Below are positions 45,091 through 53,968 of a DNA stretch of 64,000 nt, one piece after another. The DNA is from an uncultured Dehalococcoidales bacterium. GTDB lineage: Bacteria; Chloroflexota; Dehalococcoidia; Dehalococcoidales; GCA-2688105. The stretch is from positions 19,677-83,676 of the forward strand of contig CAZCLE010000002.1 in the NCBI GenBank assembly GCA_964499445.1. The letters are read 5' to 3'. Each line of letters opens with the position of its first letter. Position 1 is the stretch's first letter. Below the pieces are notes generated by a model. It saw only the letters and a program-made list of their open reading frames with translations. It ran no database searches and was not told where the DNA came from. The translations under genes and the position numbers were made by a program.

Positions 45091-45777
45091 ATGAATCTTA
45101 AGGCTTTACACAAGTTAAGTTACGGTCTATATGCGGTAGGCTCAAGAAAGGGAGACAGGCTTAATGGGCAAATTGCCAACGCCGTGTTTCAGGTAACTTC
45201 TGAGCCGCCGACTATTGCCGTAAGTATCAATAAGAATAATTTAACCCACGAGTTTATCACCGAAAGCAAGGTCTTTTCGGCTTCTGTCCTCTCCCGGGAG
45301 ACTCCCCTCTCTTTCATCGGTCACTTTGGCTTCAAGTCAGGTAGGGACATAGATAAACTTGAGGGCATTGATTATAAAATAGGTGAGACCCAAGCCCCGG
45401 TGGTTATTGACCACGCCATCGCCTATCTAGAAGCTAAAGTAATTCAACAGATAGACGTGGGAACTCACACTATTTTTATTGGTGAGCTGGTAGGAGCCGA
45501 TGTTATTAGAGAAGGCGAAATTATGACTTACGACTATTATCATCTGGTTAAGCGGGGCACTACTCCCAAGACTGCCCCAGTTTATGTTGAGGAGAAGAAG
45601 TTAGAAGCTATCAAAGTAGCCAAGTATAGGTGTTCTGTTTGTGGCTATATTTATGACCCGGAACTGGGTGACCCCGATGGGGGTATCAAACCAGGAACGC
45701 CTTTTGAAGAGATACCTGATGACTGGGTATGCCCGGTATGCGGGGCGGCCAAGAGCAAGTTTGAAAAAATAGAATAG
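45091..45777 (+). CDS. Flavin reductase-rubredoxin fusion (high-molecular-weight rubredoxin type)
   Basis: 228 aa. An N-terminal flavin reductase-like domain precedes C-terminal [12 protein letters not shown]...[10 protein letters not shown] rubredoxin motifs. Confidence 0.8.
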   Translation: MNLKALHKLSYGLYAVGSRKGDRLNGQIANAVFQVTSEPPTIAVSINKNNLTHEFITESKVFSASVLSRETPLSFIGHFGFKSGRDIDKLEGIDYKIGETQAPVVIDHAIAYLEAKVIQQIDVGTHTIFIGELVGADVIREGEIMTYDYYHLVKRGTTPKTAPVYVEEKKLEAIKVAKYRCSVCGYIYDPELGDPDGGIKPGTPFEEIPDDWVCPVCGAAKSKFEKIE

Positions 45778-45792
45778 AGGGGGATAGTAAAA

Positions 45793-46170
45793 ATGACAGC
45801 ACTAAGACAGGTCTACAGGTGTAATGTTTGTGGCAACATTGTTGAAGTGTTGCATACCGGGAAGGGAGAGCTGGTCTGTTGCGGGCAGCCCATGGAGTTA
45901 CTTCAGGAGAAGGCAGCGGATGTCGGTCAGGAAAAGCATGTGCCGGTTATAGAAACAACAGACAGAGGAATGAAGGTCAAGGTTGGCGATGTCCCTCACC
46001 CGATGGAGGGAAAGCACTATATAGAGTGGGTGGAGGTAATCACCGATGGCGACATTTACCGTAAGTTTCTCAAGCCGGGGGATAAGCCAGAAGCAGAGTT
46101 TGAAATTAGACCACAAAAAGTAGTAGCTAGAGAGTATTGCAGTATCCACGGCTTGTGGAAATCCAGCTGA
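45793..46170 (+). CDS. dfx: Desulfoferrodoxin (2Fe superoxide reductase)
   Basis: 125 aa. The N-terminal desulforedoxin motif is [10 protein letters not shown]...CCGQPM. Centre II ligand contexts: [23 protein letters not shown]. Confidence 0.9.
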   Translation: MTALRQVYRCNVCGNIVEVLHTGKGELVCCGQPMELLQEKAADVGQEKHVPVIETTDRGMKVKVGDVPHPMEGKHYIEWVEVITDGDIYRKFLKPGDKPEAEFEIRPQKVVAREYCSIHGLWKSS

Positions 46171-46171
46171 G

Positions 46172-46477
46172 ATGAGGTACTACATAAGGAAGGCGACAAG
46201 AAACTATCTTGTATTCTCCTTAATGTTTCTACTGGCCTTGTTGGAGGTCGTATCTGGCTTTGTTCTGTGGCTGGTTTTGCCTAGAGGAGACGGAGGCTAC
46301 ATGGGGGGCAGGGGTGGATTGGCTACCGAAGCTACCTTCTTGTGGGAAAGACACACCTGGCTTGACCTCCATAACTGGGTTGGGGTGGCACTATTAGTGG
46401 TGGTGGTGATACATGTGATTGTGCACTGGAAGTGGATAGTCCGTATGACCAGGAGTTTGGGCAGACAAGAGGAGTAA
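46172..46477 (+). CDS. Small membrane protein, DUF4405-like
   Basis: 101 aa. Two or three TM helices and a HNWVG...HVIVHWKW His pattern. It starts 1 nt after the dfx stop. Confidence 0.45.
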   Translation: MRYYIRKATRNYLVFSLMFLLALLEVVSGFVLWLVLPRGDGGYMGGRGGLATEATFLWERHTWLDLHNWVGVALLVVVVIHVIVHWKWIVRMTRSLGRQEE

Positions 46478-46492
46478 TTACGGAGGGGTTAG

Positions 46493-47338
46493 ATGGACAA
46501 GGATAAAATTATTAAATTACTAAACCAGGACCTTGAAGGTGAACATGGGGCTATTATTCAGTATTTGACCCATGCTTATGCTATGGGTGAGGGTGAGATG
46601 TCTTGCGAGATTGAAGCACTCGCCCGAGAGGAAATGCGTCATCTGGACTGGCTGGCGGAGACCATAGTTGAACTGGGCGGCACTCCCAGCTTGGAGCGGG
46701 GGAGTATGCGTATGGGTGGCGAGTCAGTGGCTGACTGGATGAACAACGATGTGCTGCTGGAAGAGGATGGCATAAGTCTGTATCGGGAGCATATTAAGCT
46801 CATTGATGACCCTAAAATTAAGCGGTTGCTGGAGCGTATCCTGTCTGATGAAGAATCGCACCACGGCGATTTCAAACACTTTGTAGATAAGGCACGGAGG
46901 GAAAGTGCCAAGGATGTGAGGGGCAGTCGTACCGACAAGCTTGTCCAGACTCTCAACTGGGGCATCGAGCATGAATATACAGTCATCCTCCAGTATCTGT
47001 TTCAATCCTACATGTCACCCAATAAGGACGTTAAGAAGGAGATGGAAGACCAAGCCATCAATGAGATGCAGCACTTGGGCTGGTTGGCAGAAAAGATAGT
47101 CGATATTAGCGGCAATCCAAGGATTGAGCACACCGAGATTGACCAGTCGACCAAGACTGCCGACATGCTCCGAGCTGACATCAAAATTGAGCAAGAGGTA
47201 GCGGTGGCATATGACCGCGCCGCTAAGGAGACTGAAGACCCTGACCTGAAAAAGCTTCTCCTCCGCATAAGGGACCATGAAATATATCATACCAATGTGT
47301 TCAGCGACCTGCTAGAGGAAGAGGAGAAGGGGGACTAA
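46493..47338 (+). CDS. Tandem ferritin-like (bacterioferritin-like) two-domain protein
   Basis: 281 aa. Two internally repeated halves, each carrying LxxDLEGEH/IEHEY..IxQYL and EEMRHLDWLAE / NEMQHLGWLAE motifs. Confidence 0.65.
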   Translation: MDKDKIIKLLNQDLEGEHGAIIQYLTHAYAMGEGEMSCEIEALAREEMRHLDWLAETIVELGGTPSLERGSMRMGGESVADWMNNDVLLEEDGISLYREHIKLIDDPKIKRLLERILSDEESHHGDFKHFVDKARRESAKDVRGSRTDKLVQTLNWGIEHEYTVILQYLFQSYMSPNKDVKKEMEDQAINEMQHLGWLAEKIVDISGNPRIEHTEIDQSTKTADMLRADIKIEQEVAVAYDRAAKETEDPDLKKLLLRIRDHEIYHTNVFSDLLEEEEKGD

Positions 47339-47361
47339 AACGGGATAAACGGGATTAAGAT

Positions 47362-49296
47362 ATGTCACCTTTATCATTGCCTTTTGAAACGAGATATTGG
47401 CCTTTAAAGAAGGTTTTCACTATCTATGAGAGGTCAATAAAAGAGCCGGAGGCATTCTGGGCGGAGCAGGCACGCCAGCTCGATTGGTTTAAGACCTGGG
47501 ACAAGGTACTGGAATGGGAGCCGCCTTTTGCCCGGTGGTTTATCGGTGGGCAACTGAACGCATCCTATATATGCGTTGACCGTCATGTTAAGACCTGGCG
47601 ACGGAGTAAGGTAGCCATATACTGGGAAGGCGAGCCAGGAGATGTCAGGGTTCTTAGCTATTCGACTCTGTACAGCGAGGTCAACAAGTTTGCTTCCTTA
47701 TTGAGACGTGCCGGGGTGACCAAAGGAGATAGAGTAGCCCTGTACCTTCCTATGATACCTGAACTCCCCATATTTATGCTTGCCTGTGCCAGGCTTGGGG
47801 CTATACACACTGTCATTTTTTCCGGTTTCAGTGCTCAGGCTGTGGCCGATAGGGTCAACGATGTACAAGCCAAATTGCTGGTAACCGCCGATGGTGGCTT
47901 CAGAAGGGGGAAGGTGGTGCCACTTAAGGAGATAGCAGATGAGGCTGTTGCCCTGACCCCTTCCGTGGAAAAGACCATCGTGGTCAAGAGAACTGGTGTG
48001 CCGGTTAGTATGAAGCCGTCAAGAGACTTCTGGCTCGATGACCTACTTAGTAAGGCGGCGTCTTTTGTTGAACCTGAGCCAGTTGAGTCGGAGCATCCGC
48101 TCTATATCCTTTACACTTCGGGTACTACAGGCAAGCCTAAAGGAATTATCCAAAGTACCGGTGGCTATCTTGTCTATAATTACTCTACCTATAAGTGGGT
48201 CTTTGACCTGAAGGAAGAATCGGTCTACTGGTGCTCCGCTGATGTGGGCTGGGTTACCGGGCATAGCTCGATAGTATATGCCCCGCTGGCGCACGGGGCA
48301 GCCATAGTTATTTACGAAGGAGCCCCTGATTTTCCGACGGCTGATAGGTGGTGGGATATTATCGAAAAATACGGGGTTACCATATTCTATACCTCCCCCA
48401 CTGCTATAAGGATGTTCATGAGGTATGGCGAGGATTGGCCAAAGAAGCATGACCTGAGCAGCCTGGAGCTGCTGGGGAGTGTTGGTGAAGCCATCGATCC
48501 CGAAGCCTGGCTGTGGTATTACCGGCATATAGGTGGGGAGGGGTGCCCCATAGTTGATACCTGGTGGCAGACAGAAACTGGTGGCATCATGATATCGCCT
48601 GCCCCTGGAATAGAGTGTGTTCCACTGAAGCCCGGCTCAGCAACCTTCCCCCTGCCCGGAGTGGATGCGGCTGTAGTCAACGAAAAGGGTGAGACGGTTG
48701 CCGCCGAAGAGCGAGGGCTACTGGTAATAAGAAAACCATGGCCAGGGATGCTGCTCGGCATCTACGGCAACCCGGAGCGGTATAAGAAAGCCTACTGGTC
48801 AACATTTCCCGGCATGTTCTACACTGGTGACTACGCGGTAAGGGATAAGGATGGATACTTCTGGATTCTGGGGAGGGCTGACGAGGTGCTTAAGGTTGCC
48901 GGGCACAGGATAGGTACGGCTGAACTAGAGGATGCTGCCGTCTCCTACCCTCAGGTCGCTGAGGCGGCGGTGGTGAGCAAGCCACACCCAGTGAAAGGTG
49001 AGAGCATCATAGTTTTTGCCATACCCACAGAGGGAAGCGCTCCTTCAGTGAGCCTGAAGAAGAAGCTGACTGACCACATGCGGCGCGTGGTAGGACCTAT
49101 AGCCACCCCTGAAGAAATATATTTCGTGTCTAAGCTACCTAAGACGAGGAGCGGCAAGATAATGCGGCGGGTGTTGAAGGCGGTAGCTAACGATTTACCG
49201 ATTGGCGATTTAACCACCTTAGAGGATGAAGCCTCTGTGGAGGAGATAGTCAGGAGTTACCATGAACTCAAAATGGAAAGGGAAAAGAAGAAATAG
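47362..49296 (+). CDS. acs: Acetyl-CoA synthetase (AMP-forming)
   Basis: 644 aa. Motifs: YTSGTTGKPKG, WWQTETGG, YFTGDYA-like YTGDYA, LPKTRSGKIMRR. Confidence 0.9.
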   Translation: MSPLSLPFETRYWPLKKVFTIYERSIKEPEAFWAEQARQLDWFKTWDKVLEWEPPFARWFIGGQLNASYICVDRHVKTWRRSKVAIYWEGEPGDVRVLSYSTLYSEVNKFASLLRRAGVTKGDRVALYLPMIPELPIFMLACARLGAIHTVIFSGFSAQAVADRVNDVQAKLLVTADGGFRRGKVVPLKEIADEAVALTPSVEKTIVVKRTGVPVSMKPSRDFWLDDLLSKAASFVEPEPVESEHPLYILYTSGTTGKPKGIIQSTGGYLVYNYSTYKWVFDLKEESVYWCSADVGWVTGHSSIVYAPLAHGAAIVIYEGAPDFPTADRWWDIIEKYGVTIFYTSPTAIRMFMRYGEDWPKKHDLSSLELLGSVGEAIDPEAWLWYYRHIGGEGCPIVDTWWQTETGGIMISPAPGIECVPLKPGSATFPLPGVDAAVVNEKGETVAAEERGLLVIRKPWPGMLLGIYGNPERYKKAYWSTFPGMFYTGDYAVRDKDGYFWILGRADEVLKVAGHRIGTAELEDAAVSYPQVAEAAVVSKPHPVKGESIIVFAIPTEGSAPSVSLKKKLTDHMRRVVGPIATPEEIYFVSKLPKTRSGKIMRRVLKAVANDLPIGDLTTLEDEASVEEIVRSYHELKMEREKKK

Positions 49297-49544
49297 AGTG
49301 CCAGTAAAGTAGCTAGTGATGCTGAAGGACAGTAGCGGAAGGATACGCAATGTTGCCCCCCAACTCCAAAGACGGTATAATCTCCCTCGATAGGATGTAA
49401 CCTCACTAATCGTATAGATGGATACACATTGTTAACCCCAAACCCTGAAGATGGTCTAATCATGTGGAAGGGTAAACAGTCCAGGTTTATCGCTCAGCGG
49501 TTATGACTTGTCTACTATCTAATTAGTAAAGGAATATAGTCAAT

Positions 49545-50390
49545 ATGAGGGAAATTAGTGTTGAAGAAGTGACCAAGACAGTAGCCTGTCTATTTCAAGA
49601 GGCGTGCTATTCTCTCCCCGACGATGTGCTAGTTGCTCTCAAGCAAGCTAGAGAAATTGAGGAATCACCCGTAGGACGCGAGGTTCTGGATAGAATCCTG
49701 GAAAATGCAGACATTGCTCGTCGGGGGGAAGTGCCCCTATGTCAGGACACGGGAGATGCGGTAGTCTTTCTGGAGCTGGGGCAGGATGTCCACATAGTCG
49801 GTGGCGACCTCTACTCGGCGATAAATGAAGGGGTGCGGCTGGCGTATACCGAAGGCTATTTACGTAAGTCTATGGTGCGCCAGCCTTTTTCCGCAAGGGT
49901 CAATACCGGTGATAATACACCGGCTATCATTCATACTGACATTGTCCCCGGCGATAGGCTTAAAATTTCCGTAGTGCCCAAGGGCGGCGGTTGTGAGAAT
50001 CCGTCTCGTCTGGGCATGTTGCTACCCGCCAGTGGTCGTCAGGGAATCATAGACTTCGTGGTCGATACTGTAGATGCGGCTGGACCTAATTCCTGCCCTC
50101 CGGTAATAGTTGGGGTGGGTATCGGGGGGACGGTGGACAAGACTATGCTGATGGCTAAGAAAGCGTTATTACGCCAAGTGGGCGAACCCAGCCCGGATGC
50201 TGAGGCTGCTGGACTGGAGAGGGAAATTTTGCAACGGGTCAATAATCTAGGCGTCGGACCAATGGGATATGGTGGCAGAACTACGGCGCTTGCCGTTCAT
50301 ATTGAGGTTTTCCCTTGCCATATAGCTAGCTTGCCGGTAGCGGTTAACCTGCAATGTCATTCGGCTCGGCATAAGGAGGCAACTATTTGA
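49545..50390 (+). CDS. Class I fumarate hydratase / tartrate dehydratase-type Fe-S hydro-lyase, alpha subunit
   Basis: 281 aa. Motifs: PLCQDTG, VPKGGGCEN, GVGIGG. Confidence 0.8.
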   Translation: MREISVEEVTKTVACLFQEACYSLPDDVLVALKQAREIEESPVGREVLDRILENADIARRGEVPLCQDTGDAVVFLELGQDVHIVGGDLYSAINEGVRLAYTEGYLRKSMVRQPFSARVNTGDNTPAIIHTDIVPGDRLKISVVPKGGGCENPSRLGMLLPASGRQGIIDFVVDTVDAAGPNSCPPVIVGVGIGGTVDKTMLMAKKALLRQVGEPSPDAEAAGLEREILQRVNNLGVGPMGYGGRTTALAVHIEVFPCHIASLPVAVNLQCHSARHKEATI

Positions 50391-50452
50391 GCCGAGGCAA
50401 TAAATAGTTGACATAAGACTCAGCTATAACTCGTTATAGAGGGGGAAGACCG

Positions 50453-51727
50453 ATGTTTTTGACCAAGGAAGAGGAGGGGATGCTTGGTGGGGAATATGGG
50501 TCTGGTATACAAAGGTCAATGGAGCTGCTGGTCAAGCTTGGTGAAGCCTTTGATGCCGAAAGGATGGTTAGGGCGCAGAGTGCTCATATCCATTGTGCCG
50601 TGCCGTATGATATGCTTTTGGAGTTAACCGAAGGCGCTGGTCAGTGCCAGGTAACCACTACTACTCATCCTAATGCCTACCCAGATGTACTCGACCCTGC
50701 GGGCTGTAAGCGGATAGGTCTTCCCGAGAGTTATGATATATACGAGTTTATCCATGGGGGACCTTGGGGCAAAATAGAAGACATATTTAAGAGGCTTGGT
50801 TATTTCCTCACCTATACTTGCATTCCTTTTTACGTTGGTAATTTACCCAAGATGGGAGATGTGATTTCCTGGGGTGGCACCTCGGGGGCGGTTACCTGCA
50901 CCTCAATGTTTGGCGCTTGCGGCAGCCGTGATAGTGTACCGGCCAATGTAGCCACCAGTGTTACCGGTAGGGCTCCCTACATGGGGATGGCAGTTAAGGA
51001 GAACCGGTATGCTCAAGTTTTGGTTGAATTAGATAACCTTGATTTGGAGAATTTTACCAGCACCGACTACGGGGCTCTGGGTTACTATATTGGTGGCAAG
51101 ACGGGAAGTAAAAATGTGGTTATTAATGGTCTGCCCGAGACGCTTACCTTGGAACAATTTAGATATCTTGCCTCACCAATGCCAGTTTCTGGAGCTACTA
51201 ATATATGCCATGTGGTAGGGGTTACCCCGGAGGCTCGAACCTTAGGTGAGGCTTTGGGCGGAGGTAAGCCTGAAGAGGTAATCACCGTAGGCAGAGACCA
51301 TATAAAAGAGGCGGTGGATAGGTTAACTACCGCTGATAGTGATAAAGTTGACCTGGTTAAATTTGGCTGTCCTCATTGCTCAATTACCGAACTCAGGAAT
51401 ATTGCCTTGCTTTTGACCGGGAAGAAGGTTCATCCTGATGTGCGATTATTCGTGGCTACAGCCAAGCAAATGTATGTTCTGGCTGAAGCCATGGGATATG
51501 TAGATATTATTAAACAAGCTGGGGGTGTTTTCACTAACACTTGCCTGGGTTCGCAGGACCCCTTTAACCTGTTAGGTCCCAAGCTGGGGGTGAAGATTAC
51601 CGCCACTAACTCAGCACGGAGTGCTCACTATTCGGCAAGGACGAGCGGGGGCAAAGTCAAACTTCTCTACGGGAGTATGAAGCAGTGTATAGATGCCGCC
51701 ATAACCGGGAAATGGAGGGCTGCTTAG
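50453..51727 (+). CDS. Aconitase X catalytic subunit (DUF521), copy 2
   Basis: 424 aa. Motifs: LTKEEEGMLGGEYG, FGCPH, ATNSARSAHY, AITGKW. By eye it is about one-third identical to copy 1. Confidence 0.8.
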   Translation: MFLTKEEEGMLGGEYGSGIQRSMELLVKLGEAFDAERMVRAQSAHIHCAVPYDMLLELTEGAGQCQVTTTTHPNAYPDVLDPAGCKRIGLPESYDIYEFIHGGPWGKIEDIFKRLGYFLTYTCIPFYVGNLPKMGDVISWGGTSGAVTCTSMFGACGSRDSVPANVATSVTGRAPYMGMAVKENRYAQVLVELDNLDLENFTSTDYGALGYYIGGKTGSKNVVINGLPETLTLEQFRYLASPMPVSGATNICHVVGVTPEARTLGEALGGGKPEEVITVGRDHIKEAVDRLTTADSDKVDLVKFGCPHCSITELRNIALLLTGKKVHPDVRLFVATAKQMYVLAEAMGYVDIIKQAGGVFTNTCLGSQDPFNLLGPKLGVKITATNSARSAHYSARTSGGKVKLLYGSMKQCIDAAITGKWRAA

Positions 51728-52138
51728 GTGAAGCTTAAAGGACATAAAATAAACGGGGGCAGGGTAGAGGGTGAGGCAGTGGTATATAACGGTGCCTTCT
51801 CATTTTTAGGCGATTTTGACCCGGTTACGGGAAATTGCCTGATTAAAACTCCTGGACTTGAGGGGAAGAGCCTGGTTGATAAGATACTGGTATGTGCCAC
51901 CGGAAAAGGCTCGTCACGCGGTCCCTTGAATACCTATCGAGCTATGAAACTCAAGAAGAGCCCCAGGGCAATAGTCTGTATAGAGGCTGAACCGGTTCTG
52001 GCTGCGGCGGCGATGGTAGCCGATATGCCTATGGTGGATAGACTCAATGAAAATCCGCTGGAGGTGATTAAGACCGGGGACCGGGTAAAGGTTGACGGTG
52101 ACAAGGGGACAGTTGAGGTAATAAAGTCAGGTGACTAA
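51728..52138 (+). CDS. Aconitase X swivel-domain subunit (DUF126), copy 2
   Basis: 136 aa. The GTG start directly abuts the large-subunit TAG. Motifs: GEAVVYNGAFSFLGDFDP, TGKGSS, EPVLAAA. Confidence 0.75.
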   Translation: MKLKGHKINGGRVEGEAVVYNGAFSFLGDFDPVTGNCLIKTPGLEGKSLVDKILVCATGKGSSRGPLNTYRAMKLKKSPRAIVCIEAEPVLAAAAMVADMPMVDRLNENPLEVIKTGDRVKVDGDKGTVEVIKSGD

Positions 52139-52162
52139 AGTAATTTAAGATGGAGAGTCAAG

Positions 52163-52714
52163 ATGCCAAAGAGAGTTACCTTACCCCTGGATGATGAGAC
52201 GATACGAGACCTTAGAGCGGGAGATAGTGTTCTGATTAGCGGCGTCGTTTATGTGGCTCGTGATGCCGCTCATAAAAGAATGGTTGAGGCTATGGATAGC
52301 GGGTGCGACCTGCCCTTTGATATCCGGGGACAGACAATATATTTTATGGGTCCCACTCCGCCTAGACCGGGGCGGGTCATCGGCTCGGCTGGTCCTACTA
52401 CCAGTGGTCGGATGGATGCTTACTCGCCACGCCTGATAGCCAGAGGTCTTAAAGGGATGATAGGCAAAGGAGTCCGCTCGCCAGCGGTGAAAGATGCCAT
52501 GAAAGAACACAAGGCGGTTTACTTGGCCGCTATTGGTGGTGCCGGTGCTCTCCTGTCAAAGAGCATCAAGAAGGCAAAGGTAGTAGCTTACGAAGACATT
52601 GGAGCAGAGGCAATCCGACAATTAGAGGTAGAGGATTTCCCTGTCACCGTGGTAAATGATATCTATGGCGGAGACCTCTACCAGGAAGGTAAAGCCGAGT
52701 ATAAGAGAGGATAA
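52163..52714 (+). CDS. Class I fumarate hydratase / tartrate dehydratase-type Fe-S hydro-lyase, beta subunit
   Basis: 183 aa. Motifs: GDSVLISGVVYVARDAAHKR, GPTTSGRMD, GKG. Confidence 0.8.
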   Translation: MPKRVTLPLDDETIRDLRAGDSVLISGVVYVARDAAHKRMVEAMDSGCDLPFDIRGQTIYFMGPTPPRPGRVIGSAGPTTSGRMDAYSPRLIARGLKGMIGKGVRSPAVKDAMKEHKAVYLAAIGGAGALLSKSIKKAKVVAYEDIGAEAIRQLEVEDFPVTVVNDIYGGDLYQEGKAEYKRG

Positions 52715-52761
52715 GAGTTAAATAAAATTCTATTTGCCAGTCTGATAGAAGGAGAGTGAAA

Positions 52762-53916
52762 ATGGAGGTTTATCAGGTTACCTTCCCGAAAGTAATCCGT
52801 TTTGGCGTGGGCGCTCTGGATACCCTTGGGGATGAGGCTAACAAGCTTGGGGCTAAGCAGGCTCTTATTGTTACCGACCCCGGGGTTCATAAAGCCGGGC
52901 TGGTAGACCCGGTGAAGGAGCAGTTGTCCCGGGCTAAGCTTTCGGTGGAGGTTTTCTCTGAGGCGGAACCGGAGCCCACATTGCCCAGGCTGAATGCTAT
53001 AGCTAAGGAACTTGGCAAGAACAGTTACGACCTCTTGGTAGGCGTTGGCGGGGGCTCGAGCATAGACACCGCCAAGGGGCTCTCAGTCCTTTTGGCTCAT
53101 GGTGGAAATGGCCAAGATTATGTTGGAATTGAGAAAGTTCCTGGACCTGGCATCCCTATGTTCCTGCTGCCGACAACGGCGGGAACGGGGAGCGAGGTAA
53201 CTAAGGTCGCCATTTTTGACGACCCAGAGAAAGGGCTTAAAATGGGAATGGTGAGCCACTACCTGCTGGCCCAATTGGCTCTGGTGGACCCCACTCTTAC
53301 CTACGGGTGCCCACCGAAGATTACTGCCGCTGCCGGGATAGATGCCCTCGCTCACGCTATTGAGTCCTATACTAGCATCAACGCCAGCAACTTTACTGAT
53401 GCTCTGGAGCTTGAGGCGATACGACTTATTGCGGGTAGCATCAGGACGGTGGTGGCTGATGGTTCGGATAAGGCGGCACGCAGTCATATGGCTGAGGGGG
53501 CATTCTTCGCCGGCATTGGCATTGCCCACGCTGGTGGAGCCGCTGTCCATGCCCTTGGCCATACCCTTGGTTCGCGGTTTCACGTGCCCCATGGGGTAGC
53601 CATCGGCCTTTTATTACCCTATGTTATGGAGTTTAACCTGCCTGCCAGCCTGCCCAAGTATGCCAACATTGCCCAGATATTGGGAGTGAAGACGCCGGGG
53701 CTCTCTCTTCGAGAGGCAGCCGAGCAGGGAGTAGAAGCGGTTAAGACCCTGACTAAGGATATTGGCATTCCCCTCCATCTACGTGAGCTGGGAGTACCCA
53801 GGGAAGCCTTGGAGGAAATGGCAGCGGCTACCTTAAATGTTACTCGGCTCCTGGCTAATAACCCGAAGCCACTCACCCTGGATGATTCTAGACAGATTTG
53901 GGAGAATGCCTGGTAA
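52762..53916 (+). CDS. Iron-containing (group III) alcohol dehydrogenase
   Basis: I prefer the ATG at 52762 over the GTG at 52756, which abuts the SD. Motifs: GVGGGSSIDTAK, PTTAGTGSE, HAIES, HG. Confidence 0.85.
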   Translation: MEVYQVTFPKVIRFGVGALDTLGDEANKLGAKQALIVTDPGVHKAGLVDPVKEQLSRAKLSVEVFSEAEPEPTLPRLNAIAKELGKNSYDLLVGVGGGSSIDTAKGLSVLLAHGGNGQDYVGIEKVPGPGIPMFLLPTTAGTGSEVTKVAIFDDPEKGLKMGMVSHYLLAQLALVDPTLTYGCPPKITAAAGIDALAHAIESYTSINASNFTDALELEAIRLIAGSIRTVVADGSDKAARSHMAEGAFFAGIGIAHAGGAAVHALGHTLGSRFHVPHGVAIGLLLPYVMEFNLPASLPKYANIAQILGVKTPGLSLREAAEQGVEAVKTLTKDIGIPLHLRELGVPREALEEMAAATLNVTRLLANNPKPLTLDDSRQIWENAW

Positions 53917-53968
53917 GATACTGCCTCAGATAATGCCATAGGGATGATAAAGAAAAGGAGAACAACCG

